From: Mobula hypostoma
Taxonomy: Eukaryota
Assembly: GCF_963921235.1 (NCBI RefSeq)
Contig: NC_086097.1
Span: forward strand, 63,614,001 to 63,678,000
Reading direction: 5' to 3'
DNA length: 64,000 bases
Positions 12,441 through 25,148 of this stretch are shown here, one piece after another. Numbering within the stretch: the first letter of the stretch is position 1; each line of letters opens with the position of its first letter. The notes below the pieces were generated by a model. The model was not told the origin of the DNA and did not search any database. It was given only the letters and a program-made list of their open reading frames with translations. The position numbers and the translations under genes were made by a program.

Positions 12441-15400
12441 CACTGGGCAACAATTTTTTTGTTGCTTCCTCCGAATTATTTTCTGTTGAGTTTTTTTCAG
12501 CTTGAAGCTGAACACAAATATAATTTCAGACTACTTGTATCACACAGGAATTTGGAGAAACGCAAAATTAATTTTTATTCAATATAATGCATTTAATTGC
12601 ATAACAGTGTTGATGTTTTGAAATAATTTAACCAAGCTAAAACTGTTTTGTTGATGATTTTCATTTGTACTCTTTGACTGAGGTTTCTCGATTCAGTGTC
12701 CAACAATAATCAGCCAGCACTGATGGAATCCAGTTGCCCTGATACCGTTTCTCCAAGATCGTAATGTCCTGATGAAACCGAGGTTTGTAAAGAAGAAGTC
12801 TAACTGGGAATGCAGGAAATGAATCTTTAGTAACATGTTGTACTTCATGGTTTTGTATGCTTGAAGCATATTGTCAACCAGCTGCATCTGGTTTAGTGCT
12901 CTGTAGTTGCTAAGGAAATTTCCAACAACATCATTGAATGCCTTCAATGCGATTTTCTAGAAGTTCTTCGAATTTGTTGTCATGGATGGCCTGTTTCATT
13001 TGTGGACCAACAAAAATGCCTTCCTTAATCTTGGCATCAGTTATTCTGGGAAACATCTGTCTCAAAAATCAAAATCCTTGATAGTAATTTATAGCCTTTC
13101 TAAAACCTGTCTTGCCATGCAGCATCTGCCATGCCTGAACCGGTCCAGGCATGCCTGGACAGGATAGAAAGCTTAACAGCTTTCATTGTGGGCAACAATT
13201 TAATTGACTGGAAATAACAAATATTGGTGATTTTTTTTTAAAATAGTGCATGATAGGGAAATTTCATGGTTATTTTCATGGACGGAGAAGAGGAGAGCTG
13301 TTGTCATTGGAGACTCTTTAGTCAGGGCAGCAGACAGGAGATTTTGTGGACGTGAGCAGGACACCCGCATGGTTTGTTGCCTCCCGGGTGCCAGGGTCCG
13401 GGATGTCTCTGACCAGGTGCACAACATCCTGGTACGAGAGGGAAAGCAACCAGAAGTCGTGATACATGTTGGGACCAACGACATAGGCAGGAAGAGGGAT
13501 GAGGTCCTGAAGTGTGAGTTTCGGGAATTGGGCAGAAGGCTGAAGAACAGGACCTCAAGGGTGGTGTTCTCAGGATTGCTGCCAGTGCTATGTGACAGTG
13601 ATGGTAAGAATTGGAGGAGATGCCAGTTGAATGCGTGGCTGAGGAGTTGGTGCAGGGAGCAGGGGTTTAGATTTTTAGATCATTGGGATCTCTTCTGGGG
13701 AAGGTGGGACCTGTACAGATTGGATGGGTTGCACCTGAACTCGAGAGGGAGCAATATCCTTGCAGGTAGGTTTGCTAGCATGGTTTGGGAGGGTTTAAAC
13801 TAATTTGCAAGGGAGATGGGATCCAGTGCGGTAGAGCAGTGAAAGAAGTGCATGGAGTAAAGCCAGATCTAACATACAGAGAGGCTTTGAGGAAAGAGAA
13901 GCAGAATAAACGCTGTAAAGACAGTAAGGTAGAAGGGCTGAAATGTGTGTACCTCAGTGCAAGAAGCATCAGGAACAAAGGTGATGAACTGAGAGCTTGG
14001 ATACATACATGGAATTATGATGTAGTGGCTATTACACAGACTTGGCTGGCATCAGGGCAGGAATGGATTCTCAATATTCCTGGATTTCAGTGCTTTAAAA
14101 GGGATAGAGAGGGCGGAAAAAGGGGAGGAGGGGTGGCATTACTGGTCGAGGATACTATTACAGCTACAGAAAGGGTGGGTAATGTAGCAGGATCCTCTTC
14201 TGAGTCAGTATGGGTGGAAGTCAGGAACAGGAAGGGAGCAGTTACTCTATTGGGGGTATTCTATAGGCCCCCTGGTAGCAGCAGAGATACAGAGGAGCAG
14301 ATTGGGAGGCAGATTTTGGAAAGGTGCAAAAATAACCAGGGCTATTATCTTGGGTGACTTTAACTTCCCTAATATTGATTGGCACCTGATTAGTTCCAAG
14401 GGTTTAGATGGTGCAGAATTTGTTAAGTTTGTCCAGGACAGGTTCCTGTCACAGTATGTGGACAGGCCGACTAGGGGGAATGCCATACTAGATCTAGTAC
14501 TAGGTAATGAACCGGGTCAGGTCACAGATCTCTCAGTGGGTGAGCATCTGGGGGACAGTGACCACTGCTCCCTGGCCTTTAGCATTATCATGGAAAAAGA
14601 TAGAATCAGAGAGGACAGGAAAATTTTTAATTGGGGAAGGGCAAATTATTAGGCTATAAGGCTAGAACTTGTGGGTGTGAATTGGGATGATGTTTTTGCA
14701 GGGGAATGTACTATGGACATGTGGTCGATGCTTAGAGATCTCTTGCAGGATGTTAGGGATAAATTTGTCCCGGTGAGGAAGATAAAGAATGGTAGGGTGA
14801 AGGAACCATGGGTGACAAGTGAGGTGGAAAATCTAGTCAGGTGAAAGAAGGCAGCATACATGAGGTTTAGGAAGCAAAGATAAGATGGGTCTATTGAGGA
14901 ATATAGGGAAGCAAGAAAGGAGCTTAAGAAGGGGCCGAGAAGAGCAAGAAGGGGGCATGAGAAGGCCTCGGCGAGTAGGGTAAAGGAAAACCACAAGGCA
15001 TTCTTCAGTTATGTGAAGAAAAAAAGGATGACAGGAGTGAAGGTAGGACCGATTAGAGATAAAGGTGGGAAGATGTGCCTGGAGGCTTTGGAAGTGAGCG
15101 AGATCCTCAATGAATACTTCTCTTCGGTATTCACCAATGAGAAGGAACTTGATGATGGTGAGGACAATATGAGTGAGGTTGATGTTCTGGAGCATGTTGA
15201 TATTAAGGGAGAGGAGGTGTTGGAGTTGTTAAAATGCATTAGGACGGGTAAGTCCCCGGGGCCTGACGTAATTTTCCCCAGGCTACGCCACAAGGCGAGG
15301 GAAGAGATTGCTGAGCCTCTGGCTAGGATATTTATGTCCTCGTTGTCCACGGGAATGGTACCGGAGGATTGGAGGGAGGCGAATGTTGACCCCTTGTTCA

Positions 15401-16864
15401 AAAAAGTTAGTAGGGATAGTCCGGGTAATTATAGACCAGTGAGCCTTACGTCTGTGGTGGGAAAGCTGTTGGAAAAGATTCTTAGAGATAGGATCTCTGG
15501 GCATTTAGAGAATCATGGTCTGATCAGGGACAGTCAGCATGGCTTTGTGAAGGGCAGATCATGTCTAACAAGCCTGATAGAGTTCTTTGAGGAGGTGACC
15601 AGACATATAGATGAGGGTAGTGCAGTGGATGTGATCTATATGGATTTTAGTAAGGCATTTGACAAGGTTCCACACAGTAGGCTTATTCAGAAAGTCAGAA
15701 GGCATGGGATCCAGAGAAGTTTGGCCAGGTGGATGCAGAATTGGCTTGCCTGCAGAAGGCAGAGGGTCGTGGTGGAGGGAATACATTCAGATTGGAGGAT
15801 TGTGACTAGTGGTGTCCCACAAGGATCTGTTCTGGGACCTCTACTTTTCATGATTTTTATTAATGACCTGGATGTGGGGGTAGAAGAGTGGGTTGGCAAG
15901 TTTGCAGATGACACAAAGGTTGGTGGTGTTGTATATAGTGTAGAGGATTGTCAAAGATTGCAGAGAGACATTGACAGGATGCAGAAGTGGGCTGAGAAGT
16001 GGCAGATGGAGTTCAACCCGGAGAAGTGTGAGGTGGTACACTTTGGAAGAACAAACTCCAACGCAGAGTACAAAGTAAATGGCAGGATACTTGGTAGTTT
16101 GGAGGAGCAGAGGGATCTGGGGGTACATGTCCACAGATCCCTGAAAGTTGTCTCACAGGTGGATAGGGTAGTTAAGAAAGCTTATGGGGTGTTAGATTTC
16201 ATAAGTCGAGGGATAGAGTTTAAGGGTCGCGATGTAGTGATGCAGCTCTATAAAACTCTGGTTAGGCCACACTTGGAGTACTGTGTCCAGTTCTGGTCAC
16301 CTCACTATAGGAAGGATGTGGAAGCATTGGAAAGGGTACAGAGGAGATTTACCAGAAGGCTGTCTGGTTTAGAGAGTATGCATTATGATCAGAGATTAAG
16401 GGAGCTAGGGCTTTACTCTTTGGAGAGAAGGAGGATGAGAGGAGACATGATAGAGGTGTACAAGATAATAAGAGGAATAGATAGAGTGGATAGCCAGTGC
16501 CTCTTCCCCAGGGCACCACTGCTCAATACAAGAGGACATGGCTTTAAGGTAAAGGGTGGGAAGTTCAAGGGGGATATTAGAGGAAGGTTTTTACTCAGAG
16601 AGTGGTTGGTGCGTGGAATGCACTACCTGAGTCAGTGGTGGAGGCAGATACACTCGTGAAGTTTAAGAGACTACTAGACAGGTATATGGAGGAATTTAAG
16701 ATGGGGGCTTATATGGGAGGCAGAGTTTGAGGGTCAGCACAACATTGTGGGCCGAAGGGCCTGTACTGTGCTGTACTATTCTATGTTCTATGTTCTATCA
16801 CAAACACCAAATCAAGAAGATACACCCAAAAGTATTCATGTAGCAAAATCTTTGTTGTCCAGTG
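12441..16864 (-). mobile_element. Internally deleted Chapaev3 DNA transposon with both TIRs, split by a CR1 insertion
   Basis: TIRs CACTGGGCAACAA (12441) and TTGTTGTCCAGTG (ending 16864); flanks GAA/TAA resemble the 3-bp TWA TSD; ORF 12693-12947 AFNDVVGNFLSNYRA...LKIHFLHSQLDFF is the transposase C-terminus. Confidence 0.75.
13281..16796 (+). mobile_element. Near full-length young CR1 LINE: ORF1 SGNH esterase domain and ORF2 AP endonuclease plus RT, with a few stops and frameshifts
   Basis: ORF1 VVIGDSLVR...HVGTNDIG...DGLHLN; endonuclease GDFNFP and SDH; RT QHGF, DFSKAFD, GVPQGSVLGP, KFADD; (CTATGTT)n tail. Confidence 0.95.
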
Positions 16865-17175
16865 TAATCAAATCCTCCAAGGGAATGCAGTAGGGGACAG
16901 ATTGTAATCCAAGAGCTAATTAGCCTGGAGAAGAGTGAAAAGAGCTCTCAATCCATGGCCACCTGTAGATCATTGATGACGACGACTTGTACACATCTTA
17001 CTTCAGATTCATGTCCCCATTTATCAGAAACACGAGATGAAGATTCTGTAGGTATTAAGAGTATATGACATAGGAGAAGCATTAGACGATTGGGCCTATT
17101 GAATCTGGTCCGTCATTCCATCATAGTTGATTTATAATCCTTCTCACCCCCATTCTCCTGCCTTCTCCCTGTAAT

Positions 17176-18228
17176 CATAAGACCATAAGACATAGGAGAA
17201 GAATTAGGCCATTTGGCCCATTGAGTCTGTTCTGTCATTCAATCATGGCTGATCCTTTTTTCCCTTCCTCAGCCCCATCCCCTAACCTTCTCCCTGTAGC
17301 ACTTGACGGCGTGTCCAATCAGGAACATATCAAGATCTTTCTTAAGTACGCCCAATGATCTGTCTTCCACAGCTGCCTGTGGTGATAAATTCCACAAATT
17401 CAGAACCCTCTAGCTAAAGAAATTTCTCCCCATCTCTGTTTTAAATGGACACCCTTCCACCCTGAGTCTGTGCCCTCTTGTCCTACACTCCCCCACCACG
17501 GGAAATATCCTTTCCACATCTACTCTGTCTAGGCCTTTCAATATTTGAAAGGTTTCTATTGGATCCACCCTCATCCTTCTAAATTCCAGTAAGTACAGAT
17601 CCAGAACTATCAAAAGTTCCTCATATGATAACCCTTTCATTTCTGGAATCATCCTTGTGAACCTCCTCTGGACCCTCTCCAAAGCCAGTACATCTTTTCT
17701 TCGATCAGAAGCCCAAAATTATTCACAATACTCAAGGTGAGGCCTCACAAGTGACTTGTAAAACCTCAGCATCGCATCCCTGCTCTTGTATTCAAGACCG
17801 CTTGTAATGAATGCTAACACTGCATTTGCCTTCCTTACCATCAACTCTACCTGCAAGTTAATCTCTAAGGTGTTCTGCACAAGGACTCCCAAGTCCCTTT
17901 GCATCTCAGATTTCTGGATTTTTTTCCCCATTTAGAAAAATAGTCTGTACATTTATTTCCACTACCAAAGTGCACGACCATGCATTTTCCAACATTGTAT
18001 TTCATTTGCCATTCTCTTGCCCATTCTCCAATCTGTTTAAGTCCTTCTGCAGCCTACCTGTTTCCTCAACACTACCTGCCCCTCCACCAATCTTCGTATC
18101 ATCTGCAAACTTGGCAACAAAGCTATCTATTCCATCATCTAAATCATTTACATACAGCATAAAAAGAACTGGTCCCAACACCGACCCCTGTAGAACACCA
18201 CTAGTCACTGGCAGCCAACCAGAAAAGG
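17176..18228 (-). mobile_element. 5'-truncated CR1 LINE (second family)
   Basis: Minus ORFs with GVLQGSVLGP, KFADDTKIGG, LVRPHLEYC; (TCTTATGG)n tail at the left end. Confidence 0.9.
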
Positions 18229-18354
18229 GTCTTGTTTCCTGTTGCAAGAACATGTGTTATCATTGTGCACCAATTTGGAAGATCGGGAGTCAAACCAACA
18301 TTTATCCAAGACTGAAGCCACCAAGTGCCTGCACATAATGTTCTTTTATTCTAG

Positions 18355-18462
18355 TTTTGTTGGCAAATATAGCAGTCAACTGAAAAACAGCATTGAGAGA
18401 AGTGTGCAGTTAATTCATTTTGGGGCTCAGCCTAAATCTGACAAGGACAGCCCCCTTGCGTT
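18355..18462 (+). CDS. Candidate internal exon of an unidentified host gene (108 nt, phase 2-2): FVGKYSSQLKNSIERSVQLIHFGAQPKSDKDSPLA
   Basis: Acceptor aatgttcttttattctAG and donor GTGAGT; only one frame is open; lies in non-repeat sequence. No protein family recognised. Confidence 0.35.
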
Positions 18463-19589
18463 GTGAGTGTCTGTGTATTTTTTCCTTAAGAAAGCAGATA
18501 TAATTTGTGTTTACCAGTTCATCTAAAAGACTGTCCATGTAAAACCTTGTAGTGCCTCAGGGATACATTGAGCTGTCAGTCCAGATTACACATCCAGATC
18601 GATACTGGCTCTTCATCTCATGACACAACACAGACGCAACAACACAAAAATTGACTCAAACCGACACATTTTAATTGCTCTTAATTAACAATTTTGTAAA
18701 ATTGAGTAACTGCCATTGATAACTGAATCTTGCAGATCAGTGGGAACTTGTGAAATCCAGGCACCAGTAAAAAGAAGAAAACAGTGTGAACTGATTGTTT
18801 TCTGTTTTTTTAAGATGTTCTGGACCGATAACGAATACTGTATGTATTCACCGCTAGATCTCCTATAATATCGTTCTCAATGGTTGTTTCAAAGATTAAA
18901 GTGGAAAAAATTATGTAAGATAATAAACCAAACTACTACAGCTTTAATTATAAGAACAGAATTGGTTGTTAAGAACTTAAGGATTGCCACCAGGTCTTAC
19001 TTTAACTGAGAGTCCGTTTTTAATCATACGTGGTTATGTTTTCTAGATTTTGTGTAACCTGGCAACTGGGAGTTAGCAAGACTCCATGAGTGAATGTGTT
19101 TTCAGCAGTACAAGCAGGCTAGACTGAGCCAGAATGCTTTCTGTGTCCCTTGTCACCAATTTACCGGCCTCGCACAGGACACTGACTACAACCACAATAA
19201 GGCCCTAAGGTGATGGCCCTGGCAACATAGGCCAAGGTTTAGCAGGCAGCTCACAAAAATACTAGAGACTCTGCTAAATATACGTCTTATGAACTACGAT
19301 CACTTCAGTCCTCAACCTCTAATTTCCCTTTTGGACAGCCTAAACAAACTAGCAATTTTACGATCTCTGAGGGATATGGTGAACTTGACTCTCAAGAATG
19401 TAATTACGGCTATCGCCGGGGTGGTCATCACTGGGGGACGATGGGCCATCGAGGCCAGGGTGCTCATTCCATTACTCTGCACTGATTAAAGAGTCAAGCC
19501 AGATTAAACCAGAGCAGAAAATGAACCAGTGTTCTCATCCATGTCAGCCAAGATACCCCACCTGAACCCATCCCATCTACCTGCATTTC

Positions 19590-21390
19590 AGATACCTTCC
19601 TCTCTTCTTGCTACTATCATCAGGCGGGAGGTACAGGAGTCTCAGTTGCCAGGCCAGCAGGTTCAGGAGCAGTTGTTACCCTGCAGCCATGGGTTCCTGG
19701 CCCGGCTTCGCTCACCTCACCGCTGAACTGACTCTGCAGCAGTGGACTCGCTTTCATGGACTCTTGCAGTTCATGTTCTGTGGATTATTTGTTTATTTTT
19801 CTTTACTGTCTGTACGATTTGTCCTCTTTTGCACATTGGATGCTTGTCAATCTTTGTTGTATGTGTGTTTTCTGTGGATTCCATTGTATTTCTTTGTGGT
19901 GCCTGCAGCAAGGTGAATCTCAAGGTTGTATATGGAATAGATACTTAGATAATAAATGCGAACATAGATAAAGGAGCAGAATTAGCCTGGTTGGCCCATC
20001 AAGTCTGCTCTTCCATTCAATCATGACTAATTTAGTTTCCTTCTCAACCTTATTCTCCCCATAGCCTTTGGCAATCTACAATTCATAATCCTGCACCACA
20101 ATCAGAATTTATTGTCCCAATCTGTTACACCTAGGCATCATGTTACCACAAGCATCTTCTACAAATGAAACTCTTCCCCATACAGCTCCCTATATCAATT
20201 TTCTCAGGCTTCTGGGCCTACCCCTCCACATCTCTCATTCCAATCTACCTAATGACTTCCTGTCAAATTACCTTCTGGAAGCCCCCAACTGACAGTAGTC
20301 ACAACTCTCACAACCCATCCACCTCATCCTCAACATCACATAGTATATAGCTCCAAGCTAACATCCAGACCAACATTTCAAGAGCATGGTCCTAGCGCAA
20401 AGAAATAAGCTACTAATTCAACAACAGCAATGCTTACGTCACACTGCCATTTATCAATTACAGCTTGGCCTTCAACACCATCATCCTGTCAGTACTAATC
20501 AATAAGCTTCAAAACCTGGGATTCTGTACCTCCCTCTGCAACTAGATCCTTGCCTTCCTCAGCAGGAGACCACAGTCCATGCAGATCGGTACTAACATCT
20601 CGTCTTTGCTGACAATCAAAACAGGTGCACCTCAAGTAGAGCTCACAGACCTACTCCCTCTACACTTACGACAGTGTGGCTAAGCAAAGCACAAATCCCA
20701 TCTATAACCTCACTGATGATACCACTGTTGTCAGCAGAAGCTCAGATGGTGACAAGGAGGAGTACAGAAGTGAGATAAATTGGCTGGCTGAGTGATGCTG
20801 CAATAACAACATTGCAGTCAACACCAGCAAGATGAAGGAGTGGACTTCAGGAATGTGAAATCAAGTGGACGCAAACCAATCTTCATTGAGGGGTCAGCGG
20901 TGCAAAGGGTGAGCAGCTTTAAGTTCCTGGGTGTCAACATCTCAGAGAATCTATCTTGGGCCCAACACAATGATGCAATCATGAAGAAGGCATGTCAGCA
21001 GCTATACTCCATTAGGAGTTTGTGGAGATTTGGTATGTACCAAATACTCTAGCAAATCCCTACAGATATACCATGGAGACCATTCCAACTGGTTGCATCG
21101 CTGCCTGGTATGGAGGCTCCAAAGCACAGGATTGAAAAAGGCTGAAGAGTGTTGCAGACTCAACCTACACCATCATGGACACGAGCCTCTCCACCATCAA
21201 AGACATCTTCAAAAGGTGGGATTCATCATTCAGGACTCTCACCGCCCAGGACATGCCCTCTTCTTAATACCGCCATCAAGGAGGAGGTACGGCAGCCTGA
21301 AGGCCCACACTCAATGCTTTAAGAGCAGTTTCTTTCTATCTGCCATCAGGTTGCTAAACCGTCCATGAACCCATGGACACCACTGCATTA
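19590..21390 (+). mobile_element. Decayed Rex1/Babar LINE fragments (about 19590-19960 and 20420-21390)
   Basis: VSSFKFLGVNISENLSW...KKACQQLY and HPGHALF...SRRRY...FFLSAIRLLN-type motifs in ORFs 20840-21052 and 21030-21368. Confidence 0.8.
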
Positions 21391-21392
21391 TT

Positions 21393-21625
21393 TGGCATGG
21401 TAGCTTAGTGGTTAGCATTCTATTATGGCGCCAGAGACCTGGGTTCAATTCATGCCACGTCCATATGTTCTCCCCATGACCTGTGTGATTCTTCCGAGTG
21501 CTCTGGTTTCCAGCCACACTCCGGTTTAGCAGGTCGAATGGCCACATATGTCATTGGGTAGCTTGGGTTCATTGGGATGGAAAGGCCTGGAATTGTGCTG
21601 CATATAAAAAATAAATAAATAAACA
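21393..21625 (+). mobile_element. V-SINE copy
   Basis: tRNA-like head GGCATGGTAGCTTAGTGGTTAGC...GGGTTCAATTC, V-domain ATGTTCTCCCCATGACC, A-rich tail. Confidence 0.7.
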
Positions 21626-21776
21626 ACACATTTCACACCATATGTCAATTGTAATAAGCTTAATTCTGAATGGAATTCAACTCCGCGTGTCCTTTTCCTT
21701 CTCTGTTTGTGGCGGGTTAGTTTATTCCTCTATCATCATTTCCTTGTCTTCTGCATCTTTGTCTTTTGCTTTGAAG

Positions 21777-21869
21777 ATTAAACGAACACGAAACAGAGAG
21801 CATACTAATAATGTACAAATACTAGCCTCTCTCAGCAAAAGGCATTTCAAATAACGTAAGCTGAATAAA
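21777..21869 (+). CDS. Candidate terminal exon (LNEHETESILIMYKY, stop at 21823-21825, AATAAA at 21864-21869)
   Basis: Long polypyrimidine tract ending ttttgctttgaAG; phase compatible with the 18355-18462 candidate; poly(A) signal 39 nt after the stop. Confidence 0.25.
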
Positions 21870-22369
21870 AAAGCAATTCATGTGGTTTTAGTTGATAATT
21901 GAAAATTTCTTGCCTGGTTCGCAGCAAATTATTATTGTGGTATCACAGAAAGCATATCATACATGAACTGCTCTCTCATTTCTGAATACAGATATACATA
22001 CTGCATACAGAATTAGTATCGTCCATTTCACACCACAGCCAGACAATTTCATCCCATTGGTTTTGAATTTCATGAATGGTGGGTTTAATTTCCTGTCATT
22101 CTCCCTCAGCAAATAGGATTTGTTGATTATTGTAGCTGAAGTTTCTTTGAATGAAGTGATTTTATCATTTGAAAATTTGCATAAAGCACAGTACAATAAA
22201 GATGTGAAGAAAGGACACAGATTTTAAAATTGTTTTAATACCCTAGTACTCCATGGGATTCCACCACAAGCTTCACATTTGCCAAAATGATAAACTTTAT
22301 TCATAGAGAGTGAATGACTCACATGAAAATCAATAGGTATATTTATTTAAACATTCTTTTATTTAAAAT

Positions 22370-23490
22370 TTTAAAGTACATTTATTATTAAAGTATTTAC
22401 ACTATATACAAGCTTGAGATTCATCTCCGTACAGGCAGCCACAAATCAAAGAAGCCCCCTTCAAAAAAAGACCATCAACACCCATTGTGCCAAAAGAGAA
22501 ACAAATTGTGCAAGCAACAAAAGCAAGCCAATAACTTCAGTTCACGAAAGTGAATCCACAGCTGCAAAAATAGTCTTCACAGCAGCCAATCCGGTAGCCC
22601 ATTAGTTGCAAGCCACAGCCTCAGTTGAGCGCAGAGATGAGTAGCTCTCAAGGAGCCCGTCCCTCACCTCCAGCCCCAACACTGTGACCTTTGCAATCTG
22701 ACCCAGCATTTAAATTGTCCAAACCTTGGGTCATTCTGTGCTCTCACACCCAGGCCCTGCCGCTTTGCTATACTCTCGGGCCTGGGCCTGGGCCCCTTTG
22801 CCTTGATTCGGCCCATATCTGATCTTTGCAATTCATCCAGGCATTTAGATTAATCAAACCCGTCCTGCCGAAGGGTCTCAGCCCAAAATGTCGACTGCAC
22901 TTTTTTCCGTAGATGCTGCCTGACCTGCTGAGTTCCTCCAGCATTTTGTGTGTATTGCTTGTATTTCCAGCATCTGCAGATTTTCTCTTGTTTTTATTTG
23001 TTCTTTGCTCTCAGAACCATCCTCTGCCTCTTCAATACGCTCTCAGGCCTGGACTCCGCCACCTCAATTTGGCCCGTACTCAAACTTTCCAATTCAGCCT
23101 GGTGCTTAATTTGATCAAACCGCAGGATTTCCTTGCTCTCGGGCCCCACCACCTCAACTCACCTCTCTCAGTTCTACTGCATCGAATTACCTCCAACAAT
23201 GGCCAAACATTGGCTCATTTCCCGCCCTCGGGCCTGGGCCCCACTGCCTTTATTGGTGCCTTACACGCCATGCCACAACCATCCTGCACCGTCAAGACTT
23301 CAGTTCACACCACAAAAACGTCCGATCATACAGGCGGTTCAAAAGCTCCTCTCCAAAAGGGAACTTGCAGGCTATTGATTGCAGTGATCATTTTCAAGAA
23401 AAAGTGTAATTAATACAACAGTTAATTATTGTTTTTGCCTCCAGCAAGTCACCGCTGAGCTTCAGCAGTGCCACCTTAAGCCAGAAGCAC
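22370..23490 (-). mobile_element. Probable non-autonomous Rex1/Babar-related element with an inserted Penelope terminal repeat (about 22861-22995)
   Basis: Minus strand begins CTTCTGGCTTAAGGTGGCACTG and ends TAATAAATGTACTTT, like Rex-type ends elsewhere in the window; AGATGCTGCCTGACCTGCTGAGTTCCTCCAGC Penelope motif inside. Confidence 0.5.
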
Positions 23491-25148
23491 AGGAAGTGAT
23501 TTAACCATTCTAAGATTGAGACTTCGGGTTTTATTTCTACAAATAGTATTCACCCTAAAACTGGGACGTAGATGGACTTAAGCTTCTTTATTCTTAATCA
23601 GCTATATATAACAAATGACTATGATACAGCTTTAATAAATAAGATTAGGGCATGGATCAACATCCTGTCAAAAACTCATATCATTGGCTGTCTTTCTCAG
23701 GATCACTGAAGATTTTTATTTTCAGTTGGTTCCACAAAATAAGTTCCAGGTTGCAAATTGTATCTGGAGGGCAGAAGACTTAATAATAGAGAAAATTTCC
23801 CATCCACGTGTAACTAGGAAAAATGCGTCAGGATATGGGAGAGACTTAGGAATGTGGGGCTAAATGTATAGCTTGAAGATAGGTTGATTGAGCTAGGGCT
23901 TTTCTCTTTGAAGCAAAGGAGGATGAGAAGTGATTTAATAGAGGTTTACAAACTGATAAAAGGCATAAATCAAGTGCAGAGCTAGAGAATTTTTTCCCAT
24001 TGTGGAAATAGCTAATACAAGGGGGCATAATTTTGAGGTCATAGAGTCAAAGAACATTACAGCTCAGGAACAGGCCCTTCAGCCCATCTAGCGCATGCCA
24101 AACTATTAATCTGCCATAGCCCTCCATACTTCTCCCATCCATGAACTTATCCAAACTTCTCTTAAATGTTGAAATCAAATCCACATCCATCGCTTCCACT
24201 GGCAGCTCATTCCATACTCTCCCCACTCTCTGTGAAGAAATTCCCCCACCCGATTGTGATTCATGTTCCCCTTAAGTAGTTCATCTTTCACCCTTAACCC
24301 GGGACCTTTAGTTCTTGTCTCCCCCAACCTCCGTAGAAAAAGCCTGCTTGCATTTACCCTCATATACCCCTCATAATTTAGTATACCTCAAGTCTCCACT
24401 CATTCTATGGTCTAAGGAATAACGTCCTAACCTATTCAACCTTCCATTATAACTGGCAACATCCTTGTAAATTTTCTCTGCAGCTTTTCAATCTTACTGA
24501 GATCTTTCCTGTAGGTAAGTGACAAAAACTGTACACAACGCTCCAAATTAGGCCTCACCAATGTCTTATACAACTTTGACATAAGATTCCAAGTCCTCTA
24601 TTCAATACTTTGATTTTTGAAGGTCAATGTACCACAAGCTCTTTTTACAACCCTATCTATCTGTGACGCCAGTTTTAAGGAATTATGCCTACCCCTCCAG
24701 TGCCCCTCCAGTGCCCCTCCAATGCCCCTCCAGTGCCCCTCCTTCGTTCACTTAACCAGGGCCTCAATATCTCTCAAAAACCAAAGCTCCTTAAAAGTGT
24801 TATCCTTGCCTTTTATTCTGATAGGAGCCTACAGACTGTACTCTCAAACTTCCACTTTTGAAGGCCTCCCACTTAGCAAGTACACCGTTGCCGGAAAGCA
24901 ACTGGTCCGAATCCATACTTGCTAAATCCTTACTATCAAAACTGGCCTTTCTCCAATTTAGAATCTCAATCTGAAGACCAGACCTATCCCTTGCCAAAAT
25001 TATCTTAAAGCTAATGGCATTATGATCACTAGGTTCAAAGTTCTCCCCTACACAAACTTCTGTCACCTGCCCTTTCTTATTCCCTAATAGGAGATCTAGT
25101 ATCACACTCTCTCTAGTTGCGACCTCTATGTGCTGATTATGGAAACCT

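Noticed and set aside
13246..13803. Stand-alone SGNH/GDSL esterase gene
   Set aside because: It is the known CR1 ORF1 esterase domain directly upstream of ORF2; the first residues of the ORF come from the flanking Chapaev3 sequence
14649..16134. Multiple antisense ORFs over CR1 ORF2 (also at 38091-39927 and over Penelope at 51749-52950)
   Set aside because: Shadow ORFs of retroelement coding sequence with no recognisable domains
24692..24742. 11-bp tandem repeat CCCCTCCAGTG (about 4.5 copies)
   Set aside because: Simple slippage repeat at a CR1 deletion junction with no sign of function
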